Positions 32,694 to 35,719 of a stretch of DNA of 35,719 nucleotides are shown here, piece after piece. Below the pieces are notes generated by a model. That model was given only the letters and a program-made list of their open reading frames with translations. It had not been told where the DNA came from and searched no databases. The position numbers and the translations under genes are program-made. Position 1 is the first letter of the stretch; each line of letters starts with the position of its first letter. Origin of the DNA: Octopus sinensis. Lineage: Eukaryota. The stretch spans positions 1-35,719 of the forward strand of contig NW_021832047.1 in NCBI RefSeq assembly GCF_006345805.1, given 5' to 3'.

Positions 32694-32810
32694 TATTTAA
32701 ATAAGTGGCATGGTATCGGGTTCAAATCCACCCCGCGGCTTCGTGTAACACTTCCTCCTTCACCAATACCGTGCTATTTGGTGCAGAAAAACTGTGCGGA
32801 AACCTGCTAA

Positions 32811-33199
32811 ACATACATACACACATACATACATACATACATACATGCATACATACAAACTTACATACATATATACATACACACATACACACATACACAC
32901 ATACACACATACATACATACACACATACATACATACACACATACATACATACATGCATACATACATATATACAAACTTACATACATATATACATACACAC
33001 ACACATATACATGCAGAGATACATACACATACACACATACACACTCACTCACACACACACATACATACAAATACACATAAATATACATGCATACACACAT
33101 ACACACTCACACACATACATACACTCGCACACATACATACATACATGCATGCATGTATGTATTTATGTATGTATGTATCTATGTGTATGTATGTATGTG

Positions 33200-33233
<34 letters not shown>

Positions 33234-33345
33234 TGTGTATGTATGTATGTATGTTTCTATGTACAAATATGTGTGTGTATGTATATATGTATTTGTATAT
33301 GTATGTATGGTTTTATATATGTGTGTGTGCGTATGTGTGTATATA
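32811..33345. repeat. (CATA/CA)n switching to (TATG/TG)n near 33146
   Basis: Direct reading; junction catacatgcatgcatgtatg. Confidence 0.9.
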
Positions 33346-33760
33346 AGTGAGTGTAGGTGCGTGTTTCAATATTCATGCACACCTATTCTAAAACTCACCT
33401 GTAATAACCTTGCCAATTAGGTGAGTCAAAATGCAAACTCCATAGACATCTGGCGTTTCTAATGACGTAAAGAAACTTAAAAACAATATAAAAGGCACAA
33501 CACACTTGATTTATAATGCAAACAATAAGGAAAACGATGAATATTTAATCAATAAATACATAAAAGGTAACTCAATTTATTCATTTCACTTCACAAATCA
33601 AAATTTCAATGACAATTGTAGCTTCGATCAGTCGATCGACCTTCATACTTTGATGATGTAATTAAGTGAGAGAATACGGCTGTATTAAAACATGATAATA
33701 CTACGTAGCTGTCGGGATCAGCATTGTATTTCATTTTGTTTTACATTGGTATAATAAGAT

Positions 33761-34290
33761 ATTTCATTTCATTTCATTTCATTTCATTTGAGTTTGAGTC
33801 CATGCTCAGGCCAAGTCGAAGACTCCACCCTCAGAGTCTGGTGTGGTTGCCAGGTTGTATTCTCTGTTTAATTTTGACATGTATAGGAGCGAGTTTGAGT
33901 CAGTTTGTGCTCGTTGTGTATATCCTGGGAGATGAGGGTTCATCTCTAATGGTGCTTAAGTATCTATCCAGCTGCAATTTGAATGATTCCACACTGCATC
34001 CTGATAGATTTCTGACATGTACCGGAATATAGTTGAATAGTTGTGCTCCTCGAACCAACAGACTTGATTCTCGCAGGGTTTTTGCTGCCTGGCCAGCCTT
34101 TTTGTTGATTGGTGGTAGCTGGCAGCGTCTTCCGTGGCGCAGTGAGTGGTAGGTTTTGATACCAAAGTTTGGCACCTTTTGCTCTATCATTTTCCAAATG
34201 GGTTGCATTCTAGAGTTTTTGACGCACAAAATATATGTAGCGAATCTTGCCTGCATGAAGTGGATTCGATCCACTATAGCCAAATTTAAA
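33761..34290 (-). mobile_element. 3' end of a CR1/L2-group LINE with a (GAAAT)n tail
   Basis: ORF 33900-34283: IWKMIEQKVPN..RHGRRC..RGAQLFNYIP..VRN..FKLQLDRYL..DEP, a typical post-RT C-terminus; (ATTTC)n at 33761-33788. Confidence 0.8.
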
Positions 34291-34817
34291 CTAACACTGC
34301 TACAGAACTTTTCCCACGACAGCAGTATTTACATTTTCCAGATGCCTTTAGCCCGGCCGAAATAATGTGTTCATCACTTGACCCTTTCTAACCTCTTCTA
34401 CTTCCACCAAAAGCTAGAATAGATAACAAGACCATCAACTAAATCTATTGTTCTCAATGGTATGTCTATCCTTCTGGATAGTTATATAAGCAAGAACATC
34501 CCAAGCAAAAATCAGACAGTCACATCGTGACGACTCAACGAGGTCTGGCTGACCAACCTTGGTCAGAAGGAGAAAGCAACTGCGAGACAATACCCTATAA
34601 TTCTCACTAGCTCTAATTCTGTTCTCTTACGACATCATTCTATCTGTCTCAGCAATTACTACTAAACAATAAAGAGAACCCAAACTCAAACATTCTACCG
34701 CATCTAACTTTCGTATGCTTTTGGATTTATCATAACCTGCCCGTCGAGGCAAGGTATTGTAGCGTAACGGTAAATAAATACTTTCTGAAAACTTTATGCA
34801 TTGTCTATCCTTCACAT

Positions 34818-35031
34818 ACTCTTTACTCTTTTTACTCTTTCTACTTGTTTCAGTCATTTGACTGCGGCCATGCTGGAGCACCGCCTTTAATCGAGCAACT
34901 CGACCCCGGGACTTATTCTTTGTAAGCCCAGTACTTATTCTATCGGTCTCTTTTTTGCCGAACCGCTAAGTGACGGGGACATAACACACCAGCATCGGTT
35001 GTCAAGCAATGCTAGGGGGACAAACACACAA

Positions 35032-35083
<52 letters not shown>

Positions 35084-35280
35084 TATATATACCATATATA
35101 TATATACATATATATACATATATACGACAGGCTTCTTTCAGTTTCCGTCTACCAAATCCACTCACAAGGCATTGGTCGGCCCGGGGCTATAGTAGAAGAC
35201 ACTTGCCCATGGTGCCACGCAGTGGGACTGAACCCGGAACCATGTGGCTGGTTAGCAAGCTACTTACCACACAGCCACAT
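34818..35280 (-). mobile_element. SINE family A, near full length, with expanded (TA)n linker
   Basis: Reverse complement of 25320-25725. Confidence 0.93.
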
Positions 35281-35719
35281 CCTACAGTAAACATTTGTAA
35301 CCTCAAATTATTATCGTTACCACTGCCTCAACCGACATTTCATAATAATATTCACAAATCAATATTAACCGTTACATATATTGCAGTCCTTTCGCAAAAC
35401 TGAGCGATCTTCATTCAATCTTAAAAACAGGGTATTTGGTACCAACATATAGGTTGGGGCATAATTATTGCGGCTCTTTTGCAACAAATTTTATTTAGCA
35501 AAAACAATAACAATATTTAACAAAAAACATCTTTAAATGACGGTCTGTCCATCTGCCAAGCAAATGGGAAGCAGTAATTGAAGTAGATGGTGAATATGCT
35601 CCGAAATAATCATTCCATCCGTAATGATTAATTATAATGGAATCTAGTATGTGTAGCAGATAATGAATATTCTTGAAGACATGTATATTTGTGCATGCAA
35701 TTACATCCGTCTATATTTC

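Noticed and set aside
34627-34881. 84-aa minus-strand ORF
   Set aside because: Starts within SINE A and continues into unrecognised sequence; no coding evidence.

Overview
Eukaryotic, repeat-saturated genomic window with no recognisable host gene. The tRNA-derived SINE families, (TATG)n/(TA)n/(TAA)n abundance and transposon mix resemble a coleoid cephalopod, probably Octopus; this is an inference. About 9.5 kb (1567-11120) is one degenerate (TATG)n array, and almost all long ORFs in the track are translations of microsatellites. The remainder is nested mobile DNA: several tRNA-headed SINE families with interchangeable heads and tails, two Penelope-like element (PLE) remnants with GIY-YIG endonuclease motifs, two RLE-type (R4/Dong-like) LINE fragments, a CR1/L2-group LINE 3' end, non-autonomous Helitrons, a decayed hAT transposon and mariner remnants. 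The most interesting signal is six type I hammerhead-ribozyme-like motifs from three unrelated sequence families. They include (i) a SINE-like element made of a tRNA-like Pol III head, a (TAA)n spacer and a hammerhead tail, present as a back-to-back inverted dimer whose left spacer holds an R4/Dong-like fragment (23169-23993), and (ii) a spacerless 131-bp palindrome with two back-to-back hammerheads in a PLE pseudo-LTR (20214-20344). All calls come from reading the sequence by eye; no database search or folding program was run.
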